Source: Malacoraja senta
Lineage: Eukaryota
Assembly (NCBI GenBank): GCA_038087875.1
Contig: JAXLNO010000110.1
Coordinates: forward strand, 62,001-126,000
Length of the DNA: 64,000 nucleotides
Reading direction: 5' to 3'
The notes under the pieces were generated by a model, which was not told where the DNA came from, did not search any database, and saw nothing but the letters and a program-made list of their open reading frames with translations. Shown here piece after piece: positions 1-12,099 of this stretch; position 1 is the stretch's first letter, and each line of letters opens with the position of its first letter. The translations under genes and the position numbers were made by a program.

Positions 1-560
1 CTCAACTCAATCCACAGTGACTCTACCTCGTCAGTTCCTATGTCTTCCCTCGCAAGGGACTGAATTCCCTCCCTCACCAGCAGAGCTACCCCCCTCCTCT
101 GCCCACCTGCCTGTCCTTTCTATAGGATGTATAACCCTGAATATTAAGTTCCCAGGCCCGATCCTCCTGCAGCCACGTCTCAGTAATCGCCACAATGTCA
201 TATCTACCAACCTCTAACTGAGCCTCAAGCTCATCTACTTTACTTCTTATACTTCGCGCATTCATATACAATACTTTTAATTCCTTACGCATCTCACCAT
301 TCACATCGATCCCTATTACACTTGGCCATACTCTCTTATCCCTTTGTGAGCTTCCTTTCCCGTTAATTCTGGGGTCATTAACCATCCCTTTACTCTCTTT
401 CCCTTTAACTCCATCCTCGACTATCTCATTTGACACCCTACCCCCGTTATTCAGTTTAAAACCACCCGTGTAGCAGTGGCAAACCTGCCTGCCAGAATGC
501 TGGTCCCCCACCTGTTAAGATGCAATCCATCCCTTTTGTACAGATCCCCCTTACACCAAA
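1..560 (-). mobile_element. CR1-clade LINE fragment, ORF2 APE endonuclease N-terminus
   Basis: ORF 86..511(-) contains LKVLYMNARSIRSKVDELE..YDIVAITETWL..IQGYTSYRKDR..GRGGG, the typical start of the CR1 ORF2 endonuclease. Confidence 0.85.
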
Positions 561-1769
561 ACCTCATTATAACCTCATTATCTCAACCTCATTATAATTT
601 AACATAGCCAAAGCTAACCACAGAGTCTATTATCTCTCAGCCTTGAATTCTATCTTGAATTCAGCATGAAGAGCCATAACTCTTCATCTTTATGTCACAT
701 TCAGAGCTAACGAATGTGCCATAGAGAAAGAGCAGATGACCTCTGGCCTAAGAAGAGGCCCTATTCAGCTATCCATTCTTCAACACAAAATCATATCAAA
801 TACAATTTCTTCCAGCGTTATAATTGCCTCAAAGCAATAAATTAAGCTATGCAGGATCAGATTAGCGTTTCTATGTTTTGATTCATCTGTTCCCTGTGTG
901 TGTTTCTTTGTACTTTATTTCTTTAGGAGACTTGTTTCTGAAAACCGTAAGCTTTTCTCTTGCAAATTACCTAGCTTATATAAAAGTCACCATCCAAGCG
1001 GTTCTAATATATACTATTTCCTCATGGATGGAAGCAGTGGTCCTAGGCTGTGGATGGAAGCAGTGGTCCTGAGCTGTCGTCTGAGTGCAGTGGTCCTGGG
1101 CTGTCGTCGGGAGCAGTGCTCAGCGTAGAGACAGGGAGTCTGTCTTTGTGTTCAGGGTAGAGACAGGGAGTCTCCCCTTGTAAGCAATGCTCCGGGTGGA
1201 GACAGGGAGCCTCTCCTTGTGCTCAGGGTAGAGACAGGGAATCTCCCCTTGTGTCCGCTGTGAATCTACATCTCCAGGGCGTGAGGTCGGTGAGAACACT
1301 ATAGCTCTCTACTGAATTGTGTTTGCTTCTTTGATTAACTGTGCTGACTTTTCCTTTTAAATCGTGTCATTTGAAGTGTCCAGGGTTTTGGTGATACTTT
1401 CTGGTGCAACTGGAATTGTGCAGTTTCTGTGCTGTATCTCCGAACTAAAAGGATGTTTCTACTAGGAAGTTTCTAATAGTATGAGAGTCTCAGACCAGAG
1501 GGTACAGTGTCAGAAATAAAAGTGATGACACCCTAACCTTATCACAACTGAAATTGAATCTGGCTGATGTAAAATGTGGAAACAATGACCTGTAGATGCT
1601 GGTTTATACGAAAGATGGACACATTGCTGGAGTAACTGAGTGGGTCAGGCAGCTTCTCTGGAGAAACAAGAGATTTTGGGATGGAACAGAAGGGTTCTTA
1701 CCCAAAATATCACCCCTTTTTCCTATAGAGATGGTGCCTGACCTGCTCAGTTTCTCCAGCACTCTTATC

Positions 1770-2086
1770 AGGATCTCCTCTATATCCCGCAGCTCCGCTC
1801 TTACTCCCCATCCCCCTACTCGTAACAAGGACAGAGTCTCCCATGTCCTCACCTTCCACCCTACCAGCCGACACATACAACAGATAATCCTCTGACATTT
1901 TTGCCACCTCCAAGGGGATCCCACTACATGCCTCATTTTCCCATTATCCAATTTCAGTGGTTTCTCCCTCCTTCCCCTCCCCTTCCCAGCTCTCCTGCAG
2001 CCTACTGTCTCCTCCTCTTCCTTTCTTTTTCCCACCCCCCACGCCAACATCAGTCTGAAGAATGGTCTCGACCTGAAACGTCACCT
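1770..2086 (+). mobile_element. Penelope-like element fragment (post-RT linker plus terminal repeat)
   Basis: Encodes ISSISRSSALTPHPP.RNKDRVSHVLTFHPTS.HIQQIIL and is followed by CTGAAGAA.GGTCTCGACC.GAAACGTCA; paralogous pieces at ~4160-4567 and ~11150-11460. Confidence 0.7.
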
Positions 2087-2087
2087 A

Positions 2088-3090
2088 GTTTGGGTCTCTG
2101 CTCACTGGGTCTCTGCAATTGGATCCTCGACTTCCTCATTCACAGACCACAGTCTGTTCGTATTGGTGGAAATGTGTCAGCCTCGATAACAATCAGCACG
2201 GGAGCACCTCAAGGCTGTGTGCTGAGCCCCCTGCTGTACTCACTCTATACTCATGACTGCGTAGCCGGTCACAGGGCGAACTCCATCATCAAGTTCGCTG
2301 ACGACACCACCGTTGTGGGATGTATCACTGATGGGGATGAGTCAGAGTATAGAAGAGAGATCGAGCAACTGTCCATATGGTGCCAGCACAATAACCTGGA
2401 CCTCAACCAGCAAAACCAAGGAACTGATTGTGGACTTTGGAAGGAGTAGGATGGGGACCCACAGTCCCGTTTATATGGTTGAAAGGGTCAAGAGCTTCAA
2501 ATTCCTGGGCATGCACATCTCTGAAGATCTTTCCTTGTCCGAGAACACTGATTATTAAGAAAGCACATCAGCGCCTCTACTTCCTGAGAAGATTACGGAG
2601 AGTCGGTTGCATCGTGGCTTGGTTCGGTAACTTGAGCGCCCTGGAGAAGAAAAGACTACAAAAAGTAGTAAACACTGCCCAGTCCATCATCGGCTCTGAC
2701 CTCCCTACCATCGAGGGAATTTATCGCAGTCGCTGCCTCAAAAAGGCTAGCAGTATCATCAAAGACCCACACCATCCTGGCCACACACTCATCTCCCTGC
2801 TACCTTCAGGTAGAAGGTACAGGAGCCTGAAGACTGCAACGACCAGGTTCAGGAATAGCTACTTCTCCACAGCCATCAGGCTATTAAACCTGGCTTGGAC
2901 AAAACTCTGATTATTAATAACCCATTATATGTTATTTGCACTTTATCAGTTTATTTATATAATGGTATATGGACACAAAGATCTGTTTTGTAGTAAATGC
3001 CTACTTTGTTCTGTGTGCTGAAAGCAAAGCAAGAATTTCATTGTCCTATCAGGGACACATGACAATAAACTCACTTGAACTTGAACTTGA
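2088..3090 (+). mobile_element. 5'-truncated Rex1/Babar-type LINE (RT C-terminal half and 3' tail)
   Basis: [43 protein letters not shown], then KKAHQRLYFLRRLRR and LPSGRRYRS; ends AATAAA..(CTTGAA)n. Confidence 0.85.
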
Positions 3091-3236
3091 CTCGCATGGC
3101 TATCTGGACTACACTTCTTCCCACCCTGCTTCCTGTATCCCCTACTCCCAATTCCTCCGTCTATGGCGCATTTCCACCCAGGATGAGGTGTTCCAAACCA
3201 GGGCATCGGGGATGTCCTCATTCTATAGGGAACGGG

Positions 3237-3520
3237 TCACAGAAACAGGCCCTTCAGCCCAATTTGCCCACACCGGCCAACATGCCCCATCTACACTAGT
3301 CCCAGAGTCACGGAAACTGGCCCTTCTGACCAACTTTCCCACACCGGCCCACATGCCCCATGTACACTAGTCCCACCTGCCCATGTTTGGCCCATATCCC
3401 TCCAAGCCTGGCCTATCCATGTACCTGCCCAAGTGTTATTCCCAGCCTCACCTACCTCCTCTGGCAGCTCGTTCTATACACCCACCAATCTCTGCGTGGA
3501 AATGTTTCCCCTCAGGTTGA
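3237..3520 (-). repeat. Tandem copies of CR1/HER1 LINE 3' tail
   Basis: CAC.GAAACAGGCCCTTCAGCCCAA.TTGCCCACACCGGCCAACATGCCCCATCTACACTAGTC is the reverse complement of the CR1/HE1 3' tail. Confidence 0.65.
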
Positions 3521-3607
3521 CATTCTCAACGTGAACAATTTGTGAACTAGCGAGCTGCTGTGGAATAAAAAATTGAATCATGGATGGAAAAACATCAAAT
3601 AATGGGT

Positions 3608-3820
3608 CGGCACGGTGGTGCAACTGTAGGGTTGCTGCCTCACAGCGCCAGAGACCCTGGTTCCATCCTGACTACGGGTGCTGTCTGTACAGAGTTTGCA
3701 CGTTCTCCCCATGACCTGCGTGGGTTTTCTCCGGGTGCTCCGGTTTCATCCCACACTCCAAAGACGTGCATGTTTGTAGGTTAATTGCCTTTGGTAATTC
3801 GATAATTGTAAAACTGTTCC
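3608..3820 (+). mobile_element. HE1-type V-SINE (tRNA-derived)
   Basis: tRNA-like head CGGCACGGTGG..GCTGCCTCACAGCGCCAGAGACCC.GGTTC.ATCCTGAC plus V-domain GAGTTTGCACGTTCTCCCC..TGCGTGGGTTTTCTCCGGGTGCTCCGGTTTC..CCACACTCCAAAGAC. Confidence 0.85.
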
Positions 3821-4567
3821 TGTGGATGGAAGCAGTGGTCAGCGTAGAGACAGGGAGTCTGTCTTTGTGTTCAGGGTAGAGACAGGGAGTCTCGCTTTGT
3901 GTCTGATGTTAATCTACATCTCCAGGGCGTGAGGTCGGTGAGAACACTATAGCTCTCTACTGAATTGTGTTTGCTTCTTTGATTAATTGTGCTGACTTTC
4001 CTTTTAATTGTTGTCATTTGAAGTGTCCAGGGTTTTTCTCTGGAGAAACAAGAGATTTGGGGATGGAACAGAAGAAGGCTTCTTACCCAAAATACCACCC
4101 ATCCTTTTCCTCCAGAGATGGTGCCTGACCTACTGAATTTCTCCAGCACTCTTATCAGCGTCTCCTCTATATCCCGCAGCTCCGCTCTTACTCCCCATCC
4201 CCTACTCATAACAAGGACAGAGTCCCCCATGTCCTCACCTTCCACCCTACCAGCCGACACAAACAACAGATAATCCTCCGACATTTTTGCTACCTCCGGG
4301 ATCGCACCACTGTTCTCATCTTCCCATTATCCAATTTCAATGGTTTCTCCCTCCTTCCCACCCCCTTCCCAGCTTTCCCACAGCCTACTGTCTCCCTCTT
4401 CTTTTCTTTTTCACGCCACCCATCCCAACATCTGAAGAAGTCTGAAGAAGGGTCTCGACCTAAAACGTCACCTATTCCTTCTCTCCATAGATGCTGCCTG
4501 ACCCGCTGAGTTACTCCAGCCTTTTTGTCTACCTTTGATTTTTCCAGCTTCTGCAGTTCTTTCTTAA

Positions 4568-4820
4568 ACCACACGGTGGGAGTGTTGACCACAAATTGGA
4601 CGGGCATGCAGTGCAGCGTATCACCACATGGTGGGAGTGTTGACCACAAATTGGACGGGCCTGCAGTGCGACAGATCACCACACGGTGGGAGTGTTGACC
4701 ACGAACTGGATGGGCCTGCAGTGTGGCAGATCACCACACGGTGGGAGTGTTGACCACGAACTGGATGGGCCTGCAGTGTGGCAGATCACCACACGGTGGG
4801 AGTGTTGACCACAAATTGGA
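4568..4820 (+). repeat. 55-bp minisatellite, ~4.5 copies
   Basis: Units of ACCACACGGTGGGAGTGTTGACCACAAA.TGGA.GGGCCTGCAGTG.GGCAGATC start at 4568, 4623, 4678, 4733 and 4788. Confidence 0.9.
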
Positions 4821-5149
4821 GCGAGCTGTTATATGAATTCACTGCACATTGGGAGTGCTGTCCACAAATTAGATATAATTGTGCTCTTTACTGCAAAATG
4901 GTTCTTTATTGCTCTGTGACCTGTTTCCTTTCCCTGTAATGCACCCATTTCCAGATGCCAAATTTAGTAAAAGCCCTGAAACCAGGGAAGATTTGGGATG
5001 AAATTCAAGGAACTACAGGTGCTGGTTTACAAAAAAAAGACATACAGCGCTGGAGTAACTCAGTGGGTCAGGCAGCATCTGTAGAGAACATGGATCTGTT
5101 TCTGGCAGATTGTTTAATTTGCTGCTCATGTTTTCAGCATCTCTGCTGA

Positions 5150-5360
5150 TCACATAATGACTTTTTCTTTGACTCCTCCCATTTCCTCCAAATCCAAGGC
5201 GTAGCTATGGGCACGTGCATGAGCCCCAGCTATGCCTGTCCCTTTGTAGAGTACGTTGAACAATCCTTGTTCGAGGCGTACCTTGGCCCTATCCCCGAAC
5301 TCTACCTCCGCTACATTGACAACTGCATTGGTGCTACCTCCTGCACCCATGCAGAACTCT
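5150..5360 (+). mobile_element. Penelope-like RT fragment
   Basis: QIQGVAMGT.MSPSYAC.FV.YVEQ..YLRYIDNCIG, a degenerate PLE RT core. Confidence 0.75.
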
Positions 5361-5489
5361 GTGGCAGCCGTTTACCTTCCTCTTCATCGCGCAGACAGCG
5401 CTCCTCCGCTCTCCTTGGCCCCCACCTTCGCGATGTGTTGGTGCGTGTGCGGTCTGTAGATGCAGCTCGCGCTTCCGTCGATCCAGCTC

Positions 5490-5590
5490 GAGGCTTTCCA
5501 GGCGAGTGACCATAACCTCCTGTGACCTCGTGGCGGGGCAAGGTCGCCAGAAGTTGCTGTTTAGGTCGCCCAAGTGGGACAGGGGCTTAA
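5490..5590. mobile_element. Terminal fragment of a PIF/Harbinger-like MITE
   Basis: Ends TTAGGTCGCCCAAGTGGGACAGGGGCTTAA, the same GTGGGACAGG terminal motif as the MITE at 24359-24668. Confidence 0.45.
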
Positions 5591-6969
5591 CTCAGCGGGT
5601 TAGGCAGCATCTCTGGAGGACACGGACAAGTGAGGTTTTGGGTTAGGAGCCTTCAGACTGACTTCTGGATGTGGTTCTGTTTACTTCATGAAGGCAGTGG
5701 CAAGAATGAATTTGTCTCCTGGATAGCTTCCAATTGTGTTTTTATTGGGGCACCTCATGAAGACTGGTTTTCTGTTGATGACTAATTGTTATGAAGAAGA
5801 AGACAGGAAGGAATTATTGATCTACATTGTACTTGGTTGAGGAAAATTAATGTGAACTCGTTGTTAAACCACTTGTGTGAAATGGTTAATGTTAACTACC
5901 CGTCAAAGCTTGTTTATTATGAATTCTTATGAAGGACTTTCAGGTGAAAGGAATCTGTGTTGAGTGGTCATTCATTGAGCTTTGGACTGAACAGACTGTT
6001 GTAGAGATATTTGTAAAGACATTTGGATGCTCTTGCTCAAAAGACAAAATGCTGGAGTAACCCAGCGGGTCAGGCAACTACTGTAGAGAACATGGATCTG
6101 TTTCTGCTGTTTCTGGCACCTTGTTTAATTTGCTGCTAATGTTTTCAGCAAAGATCCTATAGTGGAGCAAGATAGACCACTCTTGCGAAATGCAATGGGC
6201 TGACGTGTAGTACGCAACGGAGCGGAACGTGGGCCTTTTTTTCGTCCATTTCAGTAACCCGATCCGACCCGACTCGCAGTGTAATCAACGTTGCGGGGGA
6301 ACAGTTTGTGTGTGTGATATAGGGTTAGATTCATAATTCTGTTACTTCATAATTCTGATACTTCTTGTTAAAGAATAAAATGTTTATAAATTTTGACTCT
6401 GGTAATTTTCTTTTTTAATGTTTTATAAATCATATATTTTTAAATGGCTCATATGCTGTGTTTGAGTTGATTTTGTGTTACACTTGCACTCTGTAATTCA
6501 TTCATCTAATCACACTGTTCACAACTGCAGTATTTGGGGAAATAATAGCAATATGAAGATTCCAGTTGCTCTAGCCCTGGAATGTTCCTTAATGTTTTTG
6601 TGTCAATGGAGTTGTTTCTCAACAATAAATTGGGTCTGGTCTTCCCAATAGCCAGAGAGTGGAATGAGATCTGTCTGTAATGGTGGGGTTATCTAAATTA
6701 AGTATTTCACAAAATTAAATTTGTTTTGAGCAAGATTTACAAATGATGTTTAACTTAAGGATGGTTTTATTCAGCGAGCATACAACTGATTAGATTGTGC
6801 TGGAAAGAACACACATACATCAATGTGATATAGATGTATATAATCATACAACACACACATTTATATTTCTTCTGATTTTTACATTCAATGATGAACTTTA
6901 TTTCAGACTAGACAAGGGACAACATTAAATAAAAACACATTGTAAACCTACCCGCAACTTCACTCTTAA

Positions 6970-7165
6970 ACCACACGGTGGGAGTGTTGACCACAAACTG
7001 GATGGGCTGCAGTGCGGCAGATCACCACACGGTGGGAGTGTTGACCACAAACTGGATGGGCCTGTAGTGCAGTCGATCACCACAGGGTGGGAGTGTTGAC
7101 CACAAACTGGATGGGCCTGCAGTGCGGCAGATCACCACACGGTGGGAGTGTTGACCACAAATTGG
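6970..7165 (+). repeat. 55-bp minisatellite, ~3.5 copies (duplicate of 4568-4820 block)
   Basis: Same unit; downstream flank 7165-7720 also matches 4820-5360. Confidence 0.9.
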
Positions 7166-7514
7166 AGCGAGCTGTTATATGAATTCACTGCACATTGGGA
7201 GTGCTGTCCACAAATTAGATATAATTGTGCTCTTTACTGCAAAATGGTTCTTTATTGCTCTGTGACCTGTTTCCTTTCCCCGAAATGCACCCATTTCCAG
7301 ATGCCAAATTTAGTAAAAGCCCTGAAACCAGGGAAGTTTTGGGATGAAAATCAAGGAACTGGTTTACAAAAAAAGGTGCTGGTTTACAAAAAAAACACAC
7401 AAAGTGCTGGAGTAACTCAGCGGGTCAGGCAGCAACTGTGGAGAACATGCATCTGTTTCTGGTGTTTCTGGCACCTTGTGTAATTTGCTGCTCATGTTTT
7501 CAGCATCTATGCTG

Positions 7515-8005
7515 ATCACATAATGACTTTTTCTTTGACTCCTCCCATTTCCTCCAAATCCAAGGTGTAGTTATGGGCACGCGCATGGGCCCCAGCTATG
7601 CCTGCCCCTTTGTAGGGTACGTCGAACAATCCTGGTTCGAGGCGCACATTGGCCCTATCCCCGAACTCTACCTCCGCTACACTGACGACTGCATTGGTGC
7701 TACCTCCTGCACCCATGCAGAACTCACTGACTTCATTCATATTCCCATTAACTTCCATCCGGTACTCAAATTCACCTGGACCATTTCCGACATCTCCCTA
7801 CCGTTTCTAGACCTCACTATCTCCATCGCAGGTAACAGACTATTGACCGACATCTACTACAAACTCCCATGGCTATCTGGACTACACTTCTTCCCACCCT
7901 GCTTCCTGTATCCCCTACTCCCAATTCCTCCGTCTATGGCGCATCTGCACCCAGGATGAGGTGTTCCAAACCAGGGCATCGGTGATGTCCTCATTCTATA
8001 GGGAA
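7515..8005 (+). mobile_element. Penelope-like RT fragment
   Basis: MGTRMGPSYAC..YLRYTDDCIG..NFHPVLKFTW..LPFLDLTI..TDIYYK, then IPYSQFLRL.RIC. Confidence 0.8.
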
Positions 8006-8263
8006 CGGGTCACGGAAACAGGCCCTTCAGCCCAACTTACCCAAACCGGCCAACATGCCCCATCTTCACCAGTCATCCAGCACGGAAACAGGCCCTTCAG
8101 CCCAACTTGCCCACACCGAACAACATGCCCCATCTACACTAGTCCCAAAGTCACGGAAACAGGCTCTTCAGCCTAACCTCACCCCACCGGCCAACATGCC
8201 CCATTACACTAGTCGCAGAGTCACGGAAACAGGCTCTTCAGCCTATCTTGCCCACAGGCCAAC

Positions 8264-8650
8264 ATAGAAACATAGAAACTAGGTGCAGGAGGAGGCCATT
8301 CGGCCCTTCGAGCCAGCACCGCCATTAATTGTGATCATGGCTGATCGTCCCCGATCAATAACCCGTGCCTGCCTTCTCCCCATATCCCTTGACTCCACTA
8401 GCCCCTAGAGCTCTATCTAACTCTCTCTTAAATCCATCCAGTGATTTGGCCTCCACTGCCCTCTGTGGCAAGGAATTCCATAAATTCACAACTCTCTGGG
8501 TAAAAAAGTTTTTTCTCACCTCAGTCTTAAATGACCTCCCTTTTATTCTAAGACTGTGGCCCCTAGTTCTGGACTCGCCCAACATTGGGAAAAATTTTCC
8601 TGCATCTAGCTTGTCCAGTCCTTTTATAATTTTATCTGTTTCTATAAGAC
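8264..8650 (-). mobile_element. CR1 LINE 3' end
   Basis: ORF 8355..8585(-) GESRTRGHSLRIKG..RKNFFTQRVVNLWNSLP; (TTCTATGT)-type tail. Confidence 0.9.
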
Positions 8651-8681
8651 CCCACTCTCTAAGAACATGTCCCGTCTATCA

Positions 8682-9525
8682 AAATCAATCAATCCAATCA
8701 AATACGTTTATTGTCATTGCACAACAACTGTACAACGAAATGTCATTGCATCTCCTTCAGTGGTATACATAGAAGACATGGGATAAAAGATTAAAAGAAC
8801 AAAAACACAAACAACCATTGACTCTCATATACCGGCAAGATCAGTAAATGAAATTAATAAAATAAAATTAATAAATAGATAATAGAAATATAAAAAAATA
8901 TTGTGCATTATATTACCCCACGCATAGTGTTGTGTTGCCAGCAGTGTTATCTATTTGAGTTTAGTTCTTTAATGGCACGTGGGTAGAAACTGTTAATTAG
9001 TCTACAAGTGCGGGCCTTCAGAGACCTGTATCGCCGCCCAGAGGGCAGCAGTGAAAAGGTGGTTGGCAGGGTGGGATGAGCCCTGTGTGATGTTTGTGGC
9101 TCGACGTAAACATCGGGCCCTGTAAATGTCTTCCAGGGAGGCTAGTTGAGCGTTTGTGATGCTCTGTGCTGTTTTAATAACTCTCTGTAGTGCCTTCCTT
9201 CCAGCCACAGTGCAGCTAGCAAAGCACACCAGGATGCCTTAGGAGAGGATGCTTTCCACGGCGCACCGGTAGAAGGACAGCAGCAGCTGCTGTGAGACGT
9301 TTGCTCTCCGCAGAGTCCTCAGGAAATATATCCGCTGCTGTGACTTCTTCATGAGGGTGATGGTGTTCACTGTCCATGTGAGGTCCTAGGAGATGTGTGT
9401 GCCCAGGAACTTAAAGTCAGTGACTCTCTCCGCCATGTCTCCTTTGATGTGGAGAGGAGCAGGTTCCTCTCTCCTCCTCCTGAAGTAAATCACCAGTTCT
9501 TTTGTTTTGGTTGGGTTGAGTACCA
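8682..9525 (-). mobile_element. Rex1/Babar/L2-type LINE 3' fragment
   Basis: RKALQRVIKTAQSI..LEDIYRARCLRRA..SHPANHLF; (TTGA)n-like tail with AATAAA. Confidence 0.7.
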
Positions 9526-10271
9526 GTACACTAGTCCCAAAGTCACGGAAACAGGCCCTTCAGCCCAACTTGCCCAAACCGGCTAACATTCCCCATGTAC
9601 ACCAGTCACTCAGCCTGGAAACTGGCCCTTCAGCCCAACTTGCCTACACCGGCCAACATGCCCCATCTACACTAGTCCCAGAGTCACGGAAACAGGCCCT
9701 TCAGCTGATCTTGCCCACACCGACCAACATGCCCCATCTAACTAGTCCCAGAGTCACAGAAACAGGGCCTTCAGCCCAACCTGCCCACACCGACCAACAT
9801 GCCCCATCTAACTAGTCCCAGTCATGGAAAGAGGCCCTTCCTTCAGCTCAACCTGCTTACACCAGCCCACATGCCCCATCTACACTAGTCACAGTCACGG
9901 AAACAGGCCCTTCAGCCCAACTAGCCCACACTGGCCAACATGCCCTATCTACACTAGTTACAGAGTCTTCGAAAGAGGCCGATCCTTCGGCCCACCTTGT
10001 CCACACCGGCCAACAGGCCCCATTTACACTAGTGCCACCTGCCCATGTTTGGCCCATATCCCTCCAAACCTGTCCTATCCACGCTCCTGTCCAAGTGTTG
10101 TGATAGTCCCAGCCTCAACTATCTCTGGCAGCTCGTTCTATACACCCACCACTCTCTGCGAGGAAAAGTTTCCCCTCAGGTTGACATTCTCAATGTGAAC
10201 AATTTGTGAACCAGCGAGCTGCTGTGGAATAAAAAATGGAATCATGGATGGAAAAATATCAAAAAATGGGT

Positions 10272-10486
10272 CGGCACGGTGGTGCAACTGTAGAGTTGCT
10301 GCCTCACAGCGCCAGAGACCCTGGTTCCATCCTGACTACTGGTGCTGTCTGTACAGAGTTTGCATGTTCTCCCCATGACCTGCGTGGGTTTTCTCCGGGT
10401 GCTCCGGTTTCATCCCACACTCCAAAGACGTGCAGGTTTGTAGGTTAATTGCCTTTGGTAATTCGATAATTGTAAAACTGTCCCTG
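10272..10486 (+). mobile_element. HE1-type V-SINE (duplicate of 3608 copy)
   Basis: Near-identical to 3608-3820, including the flanks. Confidence 0.85.
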
Positions 10487-11597
10487 TGGATGGAAGCAGT
10501 GGTCCTGGGCTGTCGTCTGTGTGCAGTGGTCCTGGGCTGTCGTCTGAGTGCAGTGGTCCTGGGCTGTCGTCGGGAGCGGTGCTCAGCGTAGAGACAGGGA
10601 GTCTGTCTTTGTGTTCAGGGTAGAGACAGGGAGCTCTCCTTGTGTCTGATGTTAATCTACATCTCCAGGGTGTGAGGTCGGTGAGAACACTATAGCTCTC
10701 TACTGAATTGTGTTTGCTTCTTTGATTAATTGTGTTGACTTTTCCTTTTAATTGTGTCATTTGAAGTGTCCAGGGTTTTTCATGATATTTTCTGGTGCAA
10801 TTGGAATTGTGCAGTTTCTGTGCTGTATCTCCGAACTAAAAGGATGTTTCTAACAGTAGGTGAGTCTCGGACCAGAGGGTACAGTGTCAGAAATAAAAGT
10901 GATGACACCCTAACCTTATTACAACTGAAATTGAATCTGGCTGATGTAAAATGTGGAAACAATGACCTGTAGATGCTGGTTTATACGAAAGATGGACACA
11001 TTGCTGGAGTAACTGAGTGGGTCAGGCAGCATCTCTGGAGAAACAAGAGATTTTGGGATGGAACAGAAGAAGGGTTCTTACCCAAAATATCATCCATCCT
11101 TTTCCTCCAGAGATGGTGCCTGACCTGCTCAGTTTCTCCAGCACTCTTATCAGGATCTCTTCTATATCCCGCAGCTCCGCTCTTACTCCCCATCCCCCTG
11201 CTCGTAACAAGGACAGAGTCTCCCATGTCCTCACCTTCCACCCTACCAGCCGACACATGCAACAGATAATCCTCCGACATTTTTGCCACCTCCAAGGGGA
11301 TCGTACTATTGGCCTCATCTTCCCATTATCCAATATCAGTGGTTTCTCCCTCCTTCCCCTCCCCTTCCCAGCTTTCCCACAGCCTACTGTTTCCTCCTCT
11401 TCCTTTCTTCCCCCCCCCCACGCCAACATCAGTCTGAAGAAGGGACTCGACCTGAAAGATTTGGGATGAAAATCAAGGAACTACATAAGTGCTGGAGTAA
11501 CAGCGGGTCAGGCAGCATCTGTGGAGAACATGGACCTGTTTCTGGTGTTTCTGGCACCTTGTGTAATTTGCTGCTCATGTTTTCAGCATCTCTGCTG

Positions 11598-12098
11598 ATC
11601 ACATAATGACTTTTTCTTTGACTCCTCCCATTTCCACCAAATTCAAGGTGTAGCTATGGGCACGCGCATCGGCCCCAGCTATGCCTGCCTCTTTGTAGGG
11701 TACGTCGAACAATCCTTGTTCGAGGCGTACCTTGGCCCTATCCCTGAACTCTACCTCCGCTACATTGATGACTGCATTGGTGCCACGTCCTGCACCCATG
11801 CAGAACTCACTGACTTCATCCATTGCTCCACTAACTTCCATCCGGCATTCAAATTCACCTGGACCATTTCCGACATCTCCCTACCGTTTCTAGACCTCAC
11901 TTTCTCCATCGTAGGTAACAGACTACTGACCGACATCTGCTACAAACTCACTGACTCCCATGGCTATCTGGACTACACTTCTTGCCACCCTGCTTCCTGT
12001 ATCCCCTTCTCCCAATTCCTCTGTCTACGGCGCATCTGCACCCAGGATGAGGTGTTCCAAACCAGGGCATCAGAGATGTCCTCATTCTATAGGGAACG
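11598..12098 (+). mobile_element. Penelope-like RT fragment
   Basis: ORF 11656..12495 begins MGTRIGPSYACLFVGYVEQ..YLRYIDDCIG..FHPAFKFTW..LPFLDL..YKLTDSHGYLDYTSCHP. Confidence 0.85.
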
Positions 12099-12099
12099 G

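Larger units (their letters stand above)
8010..10190 (-). repeat. Tandem array of ~65-70-bp CR1 3'-tail units, interrupted by two LINE fragments
   Basis: About 4 units at 8010-8263 and about 8 units at 9528-10030, followed by more CR1 3' sequence. Confidence 0.75.

Noticed and set aside
1522..1567. Box C/D snoRNA-like motifs (GTGATGA..CTGA..CTGA), also at ~10899
   Set aside because: Only about 46 nt between boxes, no terminal stem and no recognisable guide.
4568..4820. CRISPR-like appearance of regularly spaced repeats
   Set aside because: The intervening segments are near-identical rather than unique spacers, there are no cas genes, and the context is eukaryotic.
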